Shown here piece by piece: positions 19,904-28,986 of a stretch of 64,000 bases of DNA; positions within the stretch are counted from its first letter, which is position 1, and every line of letters starts with the position of its first letter. A program made the position numbers and the translations under genes. The notes beneath the pieces were generated by a model. The model did no database searches and had not been told where the DNA came from. It worked only from the letters and a program-made list of their open reading frames with translations. This DNA is from Bdellovibrionota bacterium FG-1 (GTDB lineage Bacteria > Bdellovibrionota > UBA1018): contig JBBCAW010000008.1 of assembly GCA_051382295.1 (NCBI GenBank), positions 140,148-204,147 of the forward strand. Direction: 5' to 3'.

Positions 19904-20959
19904 TTATTTTTTGCGACGTTGATAAAGGCAATTGCTATTAACCACGTATTTATTGGCACGGTGATTAATATTGTAATCAACAACCTGAAGTTTACCGGGA
20001 GAAATGGAGATTAAATCGATTCGATCATAAATAGCCTTACCCAGAAGCGACGGAAGCGGAATTACGCCAAATAATGCTTCAGCACACCGCTCCTTTTGCA
20101 TCAAAACAGTGCGATTCCCTTGAACTTCAATTATTGCTTGGGTCGTGCAGTTTGTAATTCCATTTTGAGTCTGCTGCGATGGTCGCGATATTTCCACAGG
20201 CTTATAAATTCCATACCTATGAGAGAAAAAAACAAACTCATCTTCGTCGATATTCAATGAAATATGCATCTCCGAGTTACAGTATGCTCCTTGAGAAGCC
20301 ACCAAATCATATTCGCTTACTAAAGTCGCAGGTTGGATTGAAGTACTCGCTACTTCTTTCACCGCCAACCGCAACACCGTCTCCGGCACAAGGTAGTCCG
20401 TGATCTGGTTCGAAACCCCATAATCCGAAGACGCGCCCACGTTCTGTTCTGCTCCTGCTAGCCCAGCAAACTCGTGATGCACCAATCGATATTGCTCAGC
20501 CTGCGAAGCCGCCGCAAAGCGTTCGGTGTTACAAAGCAAATGAGGCAATGGATCACCATAGGCAACAAAGCCACGGCAAGTCTTTGGCTGACCATCGACA
20601 CTCACTTTAAGATTAGGATCAAAGGTTTTACTTTCTTGATCCGTGGTCACAAACCCTATCACCACTGCGTGAGGAGCAAGAACCTCGGTCATCGAAGATC
20701 GATATGATTCATAGCTCAATCTTTGGGGAAACTTAAGCCCTTGCCCGCCACCGGCGCTGATCCACTTGAGAATATCCGCACGAATCTCATCCACTCGAGG
20801 TTCAGATGCATCTCCCCCACCACCCACTCCACTCCCACCACCTTCACGGGCAAAGACCGGGGACTGCGCTGCGATCAGCAGTGAGGCCGCCAAACTCAGA
20901 CTCGTGGCCAGATTTAAACTCAACTTTTTATTTTCATTAATTACAGTTTTCATTTTCAT
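19904..20959 (-). CDS. secreted protein with Gly-rich post-signal motif
   Basis: Signal ending VFA, then REGGGSGVGGGG; degenerate zincin-like LVHHEFAGLAG; AT-richer C-terminal region. Confidence 0.7.
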   Translation of the reverse strand: MKMKTVINENKKLSLNLATSLSLAASLLIAAQSPVFAREGGGSGVGGGGDASEPRVDEIRADILKWISAGGGQGLKFPQRLSYESYRSSMTEVLAPHAVVIGFVTTDQESKTFDPNLKVSVDGQPKTCRGFVAYGDPLPHLLCNTERFAAASQAEQYRLVHHEFAGLAGAEQNVGASSDYGVSNQITDYLVPETVLRLAVKEVASTSIQPATLVSEYDLVASQGAYCNSEMHISLNIDEDEFVFFSHRYGIYKPVEISRPSQQTQNGITNCTTQAIIEVQGNRTVLMQKERCAEALFGVIPLPSLLGKAIYDRIDLISISPGKLQVVDYNINHRANKYVVNSNCLYQRRKK

Positions 20960-20971
20960 TTTTCCTTTCAT

Positions 20972-20995
20972 TCTCTCGATTTATTTTTGAAACAT
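20972..20995 (+). repeat. 24-bp exact direct repeat, copy 1 (TCTCTCGATTTATTTTTGAAACAT)
   Basis: Identical to 24376-24399. Confidence 0.9.
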
Positions 20996-21079
20996 TCCGA
21001 TATAAAGCAGACTCGCGGCGAGACTCAGAACAAAACTCACCACGTTGATTTCCACGAACTTAATCACTTGCTTACTCAT
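20981..21079 (-). CDS. 32-aa single-helix membrane peptide (not in ORF track)
   Basis: MSKQVIKFVEINVVSFVLSLAASLLYIGMFQK*. Its ATG overlaps the TGA of the upstream gene (ATGA) and follows AAGGAG. Confidence 0.6.
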   Translation of the reverse strand: MSKQVIKFVEINVVSFVLSLAASLLYIGMFQK

Positions 21080-21966
21080 ACAGACTCCTTAGAAACAGCT
21101 TGGGTTAAGGGGAAAATTTGTACATTCAGTTGATAAACTTCGTCGCAATCCCCTTCGGTTGCGAAGGCCGCGAGTTCTTTTTCGAATTCCTGGATTCTGC
21201 GCTTGGCCTCTTCCACACGAGAACGGGGAATCGCGATCGTAAGTCCGCTGATCCGCCGCGCCTGAAACGATGCCTCATCCGTCTTACCCAGCTGATCCAG
21301 CGCTTTGCCGATCATTTGGCGATGAAAGCTACGAACCGCCACTTCAGAACGAGTCGTCGGAAAATAAATCTTGGCTTGCGCCTTACAAAAAATTCCATTT
21401 TCGAGACGTGCCAAACCCAAACTGACCAACCGATCCATCGCATCACGCGCCTCGATCGGACCAATACCTAAGCGGCGGCTGATCCACACCGGATCACTCA
21501 CAAACCCCTGCGTCGTGCTCAAATCCAGAATTGCGAGATGATACCACTGACTGATCGCCTTAAATCTCTCGATCTCAAGATTGATAAAGAGCGGTTCACT
21601 TGCCACCTGAGCCGCTAAACCTTGACGACGGGCGCGCTGAATCCTTTTGAGCGCCTTGGAGTTCTCGGGCAACGCCATGAGCGCGCTCTCAATAAACTGC
21701 TCCGCCTTAGCCTTTGAAAAATTCAGAAGAACCGAAATCTGTGTCGCTTGCTTCAACGTCAGCGGACGCTTGCCGTTAAACACCAAACTCACCAGCGCCT
21801 GACTCATTCCAAGATCGCGCGCAAAGGCCCGCGTCGAGTAGGCTGAATTCTTAGACTTACGCTCCAAAAAGACCTCCCGAAGAATTTCGGAAGGCTTGCG
21901 AGGAGTCGCCACCGCTGGGTCCGCGACTGAAAGCCTATTCGAGGTGATGGTTTGTTGCTCGTTCAT
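21076..21966 (-). CDS. TIGR02147/DUF4423-family HTH protein
   Basis: YSTRAFARDLG...VFNGKRPL, ISQWYHLAILDL, FHRQMI, VYQLNVQIFPL. Confidence 0.85.
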   Translation of the reverse strand: MNEQQTITSNRLSVADPAVATPRKPSEILREVFLERKSKNSAYSTRAFARDLGMSQALVSLVFNGKRPLTLKQATQISVLLNFSKAKAEQFIESALMALPENSKALKRIQRARRQGLAAQVASEPLFINLEIERFKAISQWYHLAILDLSTTQGFVSDPVWISRRLGIGPIEARDAMDRLVSLGLARLENGIFCKAQAKIYFPTTRSEVAVRSFHRQMIGKALDQLGKTDEASFQARRISGLTIAIPRSRVEEAKRRIQEFEKELAAFATEGDCDEVYQLNVQIFPLTQAVSKESV

Positions 21967-22022
21967 AACGAGCGCAGATGTATCGCATCCTAATGCAGTG
22001 CGCTATATAATTTTAATCAAAG

Positions 22023-22040
22023 TGATTACAAATGTAATCA
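22023..22040. promoter_or_regulatory. inverted-repeat operator candidate upstream of the TIGR02147-type gene
   Basis: TGATTACA-AA-TGTAATCA, with perfect 8-bp arms. Confidence 0.55.
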
Positions 22041-22325
22041 TGAGGAAAAAATCAATTAAATTCATCTAGTTAATACCATTAACCCTACCCAGTCTAAATC
22101 TATACACCGCTCTTATTGACGAGAATCTCCAAAAAACATACTGAGGAATTGAGAAAGGGTGGGGGCGATCTCAATCATTCGATCATCACCGGATTTAGAT
22201 GAAATGAATGTGACTCTGGCAGCTTCATTTCTATAGACCACCACGACATTTCTATCGACCATTTCAGCGACTGTCCGATAGAATTTGTCTTTGCTTTTGC
22301 CAGGTTACAACCAGCGACCGAACCT

Positions 22326-24017
22326 CTATTGGCCATCACTGCCTTGTCGGTCAATAGATTTTTGCAGGCGATAACGGCTCCAGCGACGCTCGCCAGCCTT
22401 CATAAGATCGCCGGCCTCTTCCATAGACTTCAGGGATCGACGAAGCGTCCTTAGGGATATTTCCTGACCAATGCGCCTTTGAATCTCGGATATGGATGAC
22501 TCTGGGTAGCGTTCGAGATCCTCGATAATCAACGCACGAAGCCGGTGCGGTTGTATTCGCGTTAGAGTCGTCCGCCGATCAAGTCCAGCGCGGCGCAAGA
22601 GGTCAGGGGGCACAAAATACCGCATCGCACTAGTTCTTCCTGTCCGCTGCACCAACCCTAAGTCAACGAGTCTGTCGATCCAGCCGCGCAACGAAACCGA
22701 ATCATCCCCAAGCTCTAGGCTGCGGGCGAATTCTACGGCAGAAAGTCCGTCACCCTGGGCGAGAAGTGCGAGAGCAATACGTTCCCTTTGCGTAAGTTGG
22801 TACTGTCGGTCCACCTCCGAGATAAACGCAATCACCTCAGGCCTCATGACACGCCTTGGGATCGTTACATGGACAGAGTCGGTCCCTTCCCTGGCGGTTG
22901 GTGCAGATCGCCCACTGGTGAGAAGGCGCTCGTACATCAAATCAAACCCGCTACCCTCGCGTTCCATAAGTTTGAGATCATGAAAAACCCGGGCAAGGGC
23001 GTCGTTTCTCCGCCGACTTGAATGAAGAATGTTCCGCGATGTTACACCAAGAGGCAGGCGTCCTGGATTGACCACTTCCAAGCGATCTGGATGAAGATTC
23101 AGAAATATATCGCCGCGCTGAGTATATGGTCGGTGCACAAACGCATTCACAAGCAATTCGCGAACGACCACCTCATCAAACGCGGGGATCGTCGTGCGCA
23201 ACATACCCTCAGGAAGCTCGTAGCTTTCACGAAAATCTGGAATCGAGCTCCAAACAGCATCCAAAAGTTCAAGCGGTGAAAGTGTATTATCATCCCAAAC
23301 AATCTTGTGGACCTTGACCCCCTGCTCGTCATACTTGATGGCTTGAACGATTGGAGCGACACCCAGCTTTGCGCGATCTGACGCCCTTCCCAGCAACAGC
23401 AGTCCAAGGTTTGTAAGCAATCCAGATGTCATAAGTCCGTAATGATCGAGAAGCTCGTCATTCGATTTTTGTTTGACCGATGCCTTGACCCGATCTGATG
23501 CGCGAATTTTAGAAACCAGCTCATTGACCTTGGTTGGATCTGCGGAATCACGTACCACGCCTAATGCGGTCATCATCTCCCATGGAGTCGCCGGCCGTTC
23601 ATCGGCAAGACGAAGTACGGCGTCACCAACGATCGGACTACAGGTATCGCCAATCCGCAGAAAGTAACGGCCATCACTGGTCGAGGCCACCCCCGGAGAG
23701 CGAGATACTGTCAGGCAAATGTAAGATCCCCCATTTTCATCGACAATAATCTCCGGCAAAATCTGAACGTTAACCGTCAGCTCTCCAATTCTTTTACGCA
23801 AACGATCCGGCAAGGCTTGGTCAATCTGCTGTTCAGACGGCGGGTGGTCCATCCCGTCTTCAATACCACCGAGGATCCGCCCGCCCGCACCGTTCGCAAA
23901 GCAAACACAAGTCGCCGCGAGATCACGCAAGTTCGCCCGGTCACCCGTGACTAGACGAAGCGATTTTCGCTCGACATACTGAGTCTCGGCTCCGCCCGAG
24001 TGTCCGACAGCGCTCAT
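22326..24017 (-). CDS. Schlafen/AlbA_2 + HATPase_c_4 ('RecG C-terminal-like') + winged-HTH protein
   Basis: ETQYVERKS...CFANGAGGRILGGIED, RELLVNAFVHRPY, RNDALARVF...EREGSG. Start 24017 overlaps the upstream stop (ATGA). Confidence 0.85.
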   Translation of the reverse strand: MSAVGHSGGAETQYVERKSLRLVTGDRANLRDLAATCVCFANGAGGRILGGIEDGMDHPPSEQQIDQALPDRLRKRIGELTVNVQILPEIIVDENGGSYICLTVSRSPGVASTSDGRYFLRIGDTCSPIVGDAVLRLADERPATPWEMMTALGVVRDSADPTKVNELVSKIRASDRVKASVKQKSNDELLDHYGLMTSGLLTNLGLLLLGRASDRAKLGVAPIVQAIKYDEQGVKVHKIVWDDNTLSPLELLDAVWSSIPDFRESYELPEGMLRTTIPAFDEVVVRELLVNAFVHRPYTQRGDIFLNLHPDRLEVVNPGRLPLGVTSRNILHSSRRRNDALARVFHDLKLMEREGSGFDLMYERLLTSGRSAPTAREGTDSVHVTIPRRVMRPEVIAFISEVDRQYQLTQRERIALALLAQGDGLSAVEFARSLELGDDSVSLRGWIDRLVDLGLVQRTGRTSAMRYFVPPDLLRRAGLDRRTTLTRIQPHRLRALIIEDLERYPESSISEIQRRIGQEISLRTLRRSLKSMEEAGDLMKAGERRWSRYRLQKSIDRQGSDGQ

Positions 24018-24256
24018 TGTGCCGCGCCACCAACTTCTTCCGTACCAACCGGGCTTGACGAGCCAAGAATGTCCGGCACACCTGCACCACCAGAACACAC
24101 CCAGCCGTCGACCTCGGAGGCCTTGAACTTCCAGAGTCGCCCCATTCGGTGAGCAGGGATCTTTCCTGCATCCAGCCAGCGATAGATGGTTTCCTTGGAA
24201 ACGCCGAGATGCGCCGCAATTTCCTCGACTGAAAGCCACCGTTCAATATGGGTCAT
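24014..24256 (-). CDS. excisionase-type HTH_17 DNA-binding protein
   Basis: WLSVEEIAAHLGVSKETIYRWLDAGKIPAHRMGRLWKF. Confidence 0.9.
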   Translation of the reverse strand: MTHIERWLSVEEIAAHLGVSKETIYRWLDAGKIPAHRMGRLWKFKASEVDGWVCSGGAGVPDILGSSSPVGTEEVGGAAQ

Positions 24257-24375
24257 TAATATAACTATGGGGGACTGCTGGTGACAATTCAAGACTATTT
24301 CAGAACCGCTCAGACAAAGACAAATGACGTTTGCCTCGGCAGATGTTGGGCCGCTCGAATCACTAACCTAACCAC

Positions 24376-24399
24376 TCTCTCGATTTATTTTTGAAACAT
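24376..24399 (+). repeat. 24-bp exact direct repeat, copy 2
   Basis: Identical to 20972-20995; an IHF-consensus AATCAAATATTTA lies at 24417-24429. Confidence 0.9.
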
Positions 24400-24459
24400 C
24401 GTAAAATAATGTATGAAATCAAATATTTATGATCATGGTAGTTTGTTAGCGTTTTCTTC

Positions 24460-24488
24460 TTGCCACGATACTGTGTTCACAGTATTGT
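24460..24488 (+). promoter_or_regulatory. sigma70-like promoter with embedded palindromic operator
   Basis: TTGCCA-17 bp-TATTGT, with ATACTGTG-TT-CACAGTAT at 24468-24485. Confidence 0.6.
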
Positions 24489-24520
24489 AAATTCGTAAAA
24501 AACATCATTTGGGATGGCAC

Positions 24521-25123
24521 ATGAAGCAACGCTTTTGCCCGCACTGTGAGGACGACACGAACGTAATTGAGAAGAAGGTTTCGATCCCCGTCGGGGCCGA
24601 GTCCTTCTCTATCCACACCCTAGTTTGCAAGAAATGTGGCCACTATGCCCTGACGCCCGATCTCCGCAAGGAAATGGACCAGTGGGGCCGCAGCCTAACC
24701 AAAAACATCGTGGAACCACAGCCTGTATTCAGCGAGGCTACGCACCGTTTCGCCGAGGAGATGGCGACCCAATACGGGCTCAAACGCGTCCCATTCTTTC
24801 GCGTCTTGACGGCCTTCTATCTCAATCGTGTCGTCAACAGAGATGACTTTCAGGAACTTAAGAAATTCTGCGACGCGCACGCGCCACGGAAGCTGCTTGA
24901 CGAAGGCACACGCTCCAAGGTGAGTGTGCCCATTCGGTATCTCATGTATCGGAAGCTTCAGACGTTTAGCGAGGTCTGGGAGATTTCGCATGCAAGGGCG
25001 ATCGAGGAAGCCGTTCTATTTGGGCTGACGGTCTTGAGCTGCAAAGAAGCGAATTTTGAGAAGCTTAAGACGATTGCGGATAGTCTACAGCAATATATCA
25101 CGGACATTGCAGAGGCTGCATGA
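24521..25123 (+). CDS. zinc-ribbon (MqsA/YgiT-like) protein with probable ribbon-helix-helix repeats
   Basis: CPHC...CKKC at the N-terminus; two beta-alpha-alpha-like segments (PQPVFSEATHRFAEEMATQYGL; KVSVPIRYLMYRKLQTFSEVWEI). Confidence 0.6.
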   Translation: MKQRFCPHCEDDTNVIEKKVSIPVGAESFSIHTLVCKKCGHYALTPDLRKEMDQWGRSLTKNIVEPQPVFSEATHRFAEEMATQYGLKRVPFFRVLTAFYLNRVVNRDDFQELKKFCDAHAPRKLLDEGTRSKVSVPIRYLMYRKLQTFSEVWEISHARAIEEAVLFGLTVLSCKEANFEKLKTIADSLQQYITDIAEAA

Positions 25124-25317
25124 CCACTCAAGGCAAAATCATTCAAAATCAACTTGCCGAGGATTCTGAAGAACTCCTGAAGTCAGCAATCCTTTCTAAT
25201 CTTGACATGACTTTTGAAGAACGCATCAGCGCGCATGAAAATGCTCGACAACTCATGCTCGACTTAGAGGAAGCAGGAAGGGCATGGCGTGCAGCAGAAT
25301 CTAAAAAGTCTACTTGA
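25120..25317 (+). CDS. small helical protein paired with nucleotidyltransferase
   Basis: 65 aa with an ATGA overlap with the upstream gene; motif NLDMTFEERISAHE. Confidence 0.6.
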   Translation: MTTQGKIIQNQLAEDSEELLKSAILSNLDMTFEERISAHENARQLMLDLEEAGRAWRAAESKKST

Positions 25318-25774
25318 GCGTCTCCTTTCTTTTAAGGTCGATTTCGTTCTTATTGGTGGTTTTGCGGCCGTAATTCACGGTTCCACGCTAGTGACCCGAG
25401 ACCTCGATATTTGTGCTGCCATTACTGAAACCGAAATTGCTAAACTGCGAGATGCACTCAAAGACCTCCATCCACGTCACCGAATAAATCCGAACGCAAA
25501 GCATTCTTTCCTCGAATATCCAGCCGACATTCGCGGAACTAACAACATCTATCTTGAAACGGATCTTGGGGTTCTTGATATCCTTTCTAAAATCCCACCC
25601 GCAGGGGATTTTAACGAAATCAAGAGCCGAGCCTTTGAGATTTCGCTCTATGGACACATATGCAAGGTGATTTCAATTGATGACCTGATCGAGATCAAGA
25701 AGGCAATGAACCGGCCGAAAGACCAGCAAGCCGTCCGAGAACTCACGTTGATCCGGCAAAAACAGAAAACCTGA
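25289..25774 (+). CDS. minimal pol-beta-superfamily nucleotidyltransferase
   Basis: FVLIGGFAAVIHGSTLVTRDLDI, LGVLDIL, KKAMNRPKD. Confidence 0.8.
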   Translation: MQQNLKSLLERLLSFKVDFVLIGGFAAVIHGSTLVTRDLDICAAITETEIAKLRDALKDLHPRHRINPNAKHSFLEYPADIRGTNNIYLETDLGVLDILSKIPPAGDFNEIKSRAFEISLYGHICKVISIDDLIEIKKAMNRPKDQQAVRELTLIRQKQKT

Positions 25775-25794
25775 ATCATCCCATCCTTGACTTC

Positions 25795-25875
25795 ATATAC
25801 GACATCTGGTATCGTATATCGGAAAGGACCAGTAAATCACCTTACTCTTGATATCGGACTCACTTTGTCGTAGAT
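25795..25875. promoter_or_regulatory. two Rrf2/IscR-type operator candidates in the isc promoter
   Basis: 25-bp ATATACGACATCTGGTATCGTATAT (25795-25819) just after TTGACT, and ATATCGGACTCACTTTGTCGTAGAT (25851-25875). Confidence 0.55.
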
Positions 25876-25914
25876 CAGTGTCGATATCCATTTTAAGAGA
25901 AACACTCAGTTTTT

Positions 25915-26391
25915 ATGATTAAACTCAACCGAACTACTGAATACGGTTTAATGGCTCTTCGCCACATGAACCGAAAGCGCGCAGCAGCCGGAGTCGGCGA
26001 ACTCTCCGAGGTGACCAGTGCCCGTGAGATTTCGGATTCTTACGGCCTTCCTTTTGAAATCACCGCCAAGACCTTGCAGCGTCTCAAGGACACCGGCTTG
26101 ATTCAATCCGCGCAAGGAGCTCGCGGAGGCTATACCCTCAGTCGTTCTCTCGCGGATATCAATGTGGCGGAGTTTCTCGCGCTCATGGAAGGGCCCCAAT
26201 CCGTCGTCGCGTGCGCCGGATCAATATCCCCAGACCCGGTTCATTCCACCTGTGCCTATAAGGGCCGTTGCGAAATCAAACATATGATGAACGATTTGAA
26301 TTCACGTCTCTCCGGCTTTCTTGCTGGAATTAGCTTAATCGAACTCGCCCATTCTCCCCTGATTGCCCCCCCTATCGAAGAGAGGAATTAA
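25915..26391 (+). CDS. iscR: Rrf2-family regulator IscR
   Basis: EYGLMAL, GARGGYTL, three Cys; first gene of the isc operon. Confidence 0.85.
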   Translation: MIKLNRTTEYGLMALRHMNRKRAAAGVGELSEVTSAREISDSYGLPFEITAKTLQRLKDTGLIQSAQGARGGYTLSRSLADINVAEFLALMEGPQSVVACAGSISPDPVHSTCAYKGRCEIKHMMNDLNSRLSGFLAGISLIELAHSPLIAPPIEERN

Positions 26392-27606
26392 ATGAAACTC
26401 CCCATCTATCTCGACAATCACGCCACTACGCCGATGGATCCCGAAGTCCTCAAGGCCATGCTACCCTATTTTACCGATATTTTCGGCAACGCTTCGAGCC
26501 GCAACCACGAGTACGGCTGGACCGCTGAAGCCGCCGTCGAGCGCGGGCGCGAACAAATTGCCAAACTCATCGGTGCTTCTGAGAAAGAAATCATTTTTAC
26601 GAGCGGTGCGACTGAAAGCGACAACTTGGCCTTATTTGGTGTGGCCGAGATGTATAGAGAAAAAGGCAACCACATCATCACCACGACCATCGAGCACAAA
26701 GCCATTCTCGATAGTGCCCATCACCTAGAAACCAAGGGCTTTGATGTAACCTACTTGCCCGTAGACTCTTTCGGACGAGTCAGCGCCGAGGACGTCCGCA
26801 AAGCGATCACTCCACGCACCATTTTGGTATCCATCATGTTTGCCAACAACGAGGTCGGTTCGATCAACCCCATCGCCGAAATCGGCAAGGTCTGTAAAGA
26901 AAAGGGCGTCCTTTTTCACACCGACGCCGTTCAGGCCGCCGGAAAAGTCCCCGTGGATGTCAACGCCATGGGCATTGATCTCCTCTCGCTGTCGGCGCAT
27001 AAAATGTACGGCCCTAAAGGAATTGGGGCACTGTATGTGCGACGCAAGAATCCGCGAGTTCGGCTCACCCCCATGATTTATGGTGGCGGACACGAGCGCG
27101 GAATGCGCTCGGGCACCCTCAACGTGCCGGGGATTGTAGGTTTTGGCAAAGCCGCTGAAATCGCGATGCGAGTCATGACCCAAGAATCCCAACGAATCCA
27201 GGAATTGCGCGATCGGATGTGGAACGCGCTCGGGACGCAGCTCGACGAGATTTACCTGAATGGTCACCCCACCGAACGTCTGGCAGGTAACCTTAATGTC
27301 AGCTTTGCTTATGTCGAGGGAGAATCCTTGATGATGGGCATGAAAGAACTGGCCGTATCGAGCGGCTCAGCCTGTACCTCGGCGAGCCTAGAGCCGTCAT
27401 ATGTGCTCAAAGCCTTGGGAGTCGGTGAGGATCTCGCGCATACCAGCATCCGTTTTGGCTTGGGCCGTTTTACGACGGCAGAAGAAATCGATTTCGCAGT
27501 CAAGAAAGTGGTGAGCACGGTTCGTAAACTTCGGGATCTTTCGCCGCTTTACGAAATGGTTAAAGACGGGGTCGACCTCAAGAACGTCCAATGGACCGCG
27601 CACTAA
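26392..27606 (+). CDS. iscS: cysteine desulfurase
   Basis: [36 protein letters not shown]. Confidence 0.97.
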   Translation: MKLPIYLDNHATTPMDPEVLKAMLPYFTDIFGNASSRNHEYGWTAEAAVERGREQIAKLIGASEKEIIFTSGATESDNLALFGVAEMYREKGNHIITTTIEHKAILDSAHHLETKGFDVTYLPVDSFGRVSAEDVRKAITPRTILVSIMFANNEVGSINPIAEIGKVCKEKGVLFHTDAVQAAGKVPVDVNAMGIDLLSLSAHKMYGPKGIGALYVRRKNPRVRLTPMIYGGGHERGMRSGTLNVPGIVGFGKAAEIAMRVMTQESQRIQELRDRMWNALGTQLDEIYLNGHPTERLAGNLNVSFAYVEGESLMMGMKELAVSSGSACTSASLEPSYVLKALGVGEDLAHTSIRFGLGRFTTAEEIDFAVKKVVSTVRKLRDLSPLYEMVKDGVDLKNVQWTAH

Positions 27607-27625
27607 AGAAAGAGGATTTTAAACC

Positions 27626-28018
27626 ATGGCATACACCGAAAAAGTCGTAAAACACTTCGAAAATCCAGTAAACGTCGGCTCGCTCGACAAAAGTAAAACC
27701 AATGTTGGCACTGGCTTAGTCGGTGCCCCCGAGTGTGGCGATGTCATGAAGCTGCAGGTCGAGATTGACGAAGTCACGGGCATCATTAAAGACGCCAAAT
27801 TTAAGACCTTTGGCTGCGGGAGCGCCATTGCGAGTTCGTCGCTCGCCACCGAGTGGATTAAGGGTAAAACCATCGATCAGGCCTTAGCGATCAAAAACAC
27901 GGATTTTGTGCAGGAGCTTTCGCTTCCGCCGATCAAAATCCATTGCTCGGTTTTAGCCGAAGACGCAATTAAAGCCGCCATCGGTGATTATTTGAAAAAG
28001 AAAAAGGAGGCTCGCTGA
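27626..28018 (+). CDS. iscU: Fe-S scaffold
   Basis: GAPECGDVM, FGCGSAIASSS, LPPIKIHCS. Confidence 0.97.
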   Translation: MAYTEKVVKHFENPVNVGSLDKSKTNVGTGLVGAPECGDVMKLQVEIDEVTGIIKDAKFKTFGCGSAIASSSLATEWIKGKTIDQALAIKNTDFVQELSLPPIKIHCSVLAEDAIKAAIGDYLKKKKEAR

Positions 28019-28034
28019 TCGCGCGTTCATCTTT

Positions 28035-28364
28035 ATGATTAATATTACCGAAAAAGCAGTCAAGGAAATCAAACGAATCCAAGCCAATGACCCCGCCGGC
28101 AGCGAGGCCGCCCTTCGAGTACAAGTCGTAGGCGGTGGATGCTCAGGCATGAGTTATAAACTCGATTTTGATAAAGCGCCCGCAAGGACCAATGATAAAA
28201 CCTTTGAAAAAGAGGGCATCAAAATCATCGTGGATGCCAAATCGTTTTTATTTTTGAACGGCATAGAACTTGATTTTTCTGACGGCCTGAACGGAACCGG
28301 CTTTACCTTCAATAATCCCAATGCAAAACGAACCTGTGGCTGTGGAACCAGTTTTTCAGCATAA
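28035..28364 (+). CDS. iscA: A-type Fe-S carrier
   Basis: [23 protein letters not shown]. Confidence 0.93.
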   Translation: MINITEKAVKEIKRIQANDPAGSEAALRVQVVGGGCSGMSYKLDFDKAPARTNDKTFEKEGIKIIVDAKSFLFLNGIELDFSDGLNGTGFTFNNPNAKRTCGCGTSFSA

Positions 28365-28986
28365 GGCCGGCCAAACGCCGGATTTTTTCGAGCTTTTTAG
28401 CTTGAAGCGTCGATTTCAAATCGATCGCCAAGCACTCGAACGTCGATTTTACGAACTTTCCAGAAATTCCCATCCGGATCGATTTACCACCGCGAGCCCC
28501 GATCGAAAATGTCAAGCCATGGAGCAAATGACACTGCTCAACGACGCCTATCGCACACTCAAGGATCCCAGCGCCCTTCGACGGTACTACCTTCAATTGG
28601 AAGGTTTTGACACCCCTTCTGAACAACCTCATGCTCCCGGATGTGTGACCGGCATTTCCGTGCAAACGACCCGGGCCGTTCCCGGCGAGAGCATTCCAAT
28701 CGACTTAGCGGAAAGCTGGTTTGATTTACAGGATGCACTTTTAGAAGATCCCGGTGCCAGCTCCTCAAAAATTGCCGAATTTGAGGGACATTTGGCCACC
28801 TTGAGTAAAAAAGCGATCGAACTCCTCAATGAAATTGAGCAAACAATCGACGGTACCGCGGATACCCAAGGCTGTGCCCCCCGTGAGTTGTTCGAGAAAC
28901 TGGCGCAAGAAGTCCGCGCGCAGAGTTATTTTAAGTCTATGAAAAGGGACGTAGAACGAATCAAGAAACGGCTCTCCTCACCATGA
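28321..28986 (+). CDS. hscB: Fe-S co-chaperone
   Basis: [22 protein letters not shown]; position in the isc operon. Confidence 0.88.
   Translation: MQNEPVAVEPVFQHKAGQTPDFFELFSLKRRFQIDRQALERRFYELSRNSHPDRFTTASPDRKCQAMEQMTLLNDAYRTLKDPSALRRYYLQLEGFDTPSEQPHAPGCVTGISVQTTRAVPGESIPIDLAESWFDLQDALLEDPGASSSKIAEFEGHLATLSKKAIELLNEIEQTIDGTADTQGCAPRELFEKLAQEVRAQSYFKSMKRDVERIKKRLSSP

Noticed and set aside
24018..24239. N-terminal extension of the AlbA_2 protein
   Set aside because: Lies in another frame of the HTH_17 gene; the ATGA overlap at 24014-24017 marks the likely start.
18900..25800. intact prophage, ICE or IS element
   Set aside because: No integrase, transposase, tRNA target, structural or transfer genes are visible.
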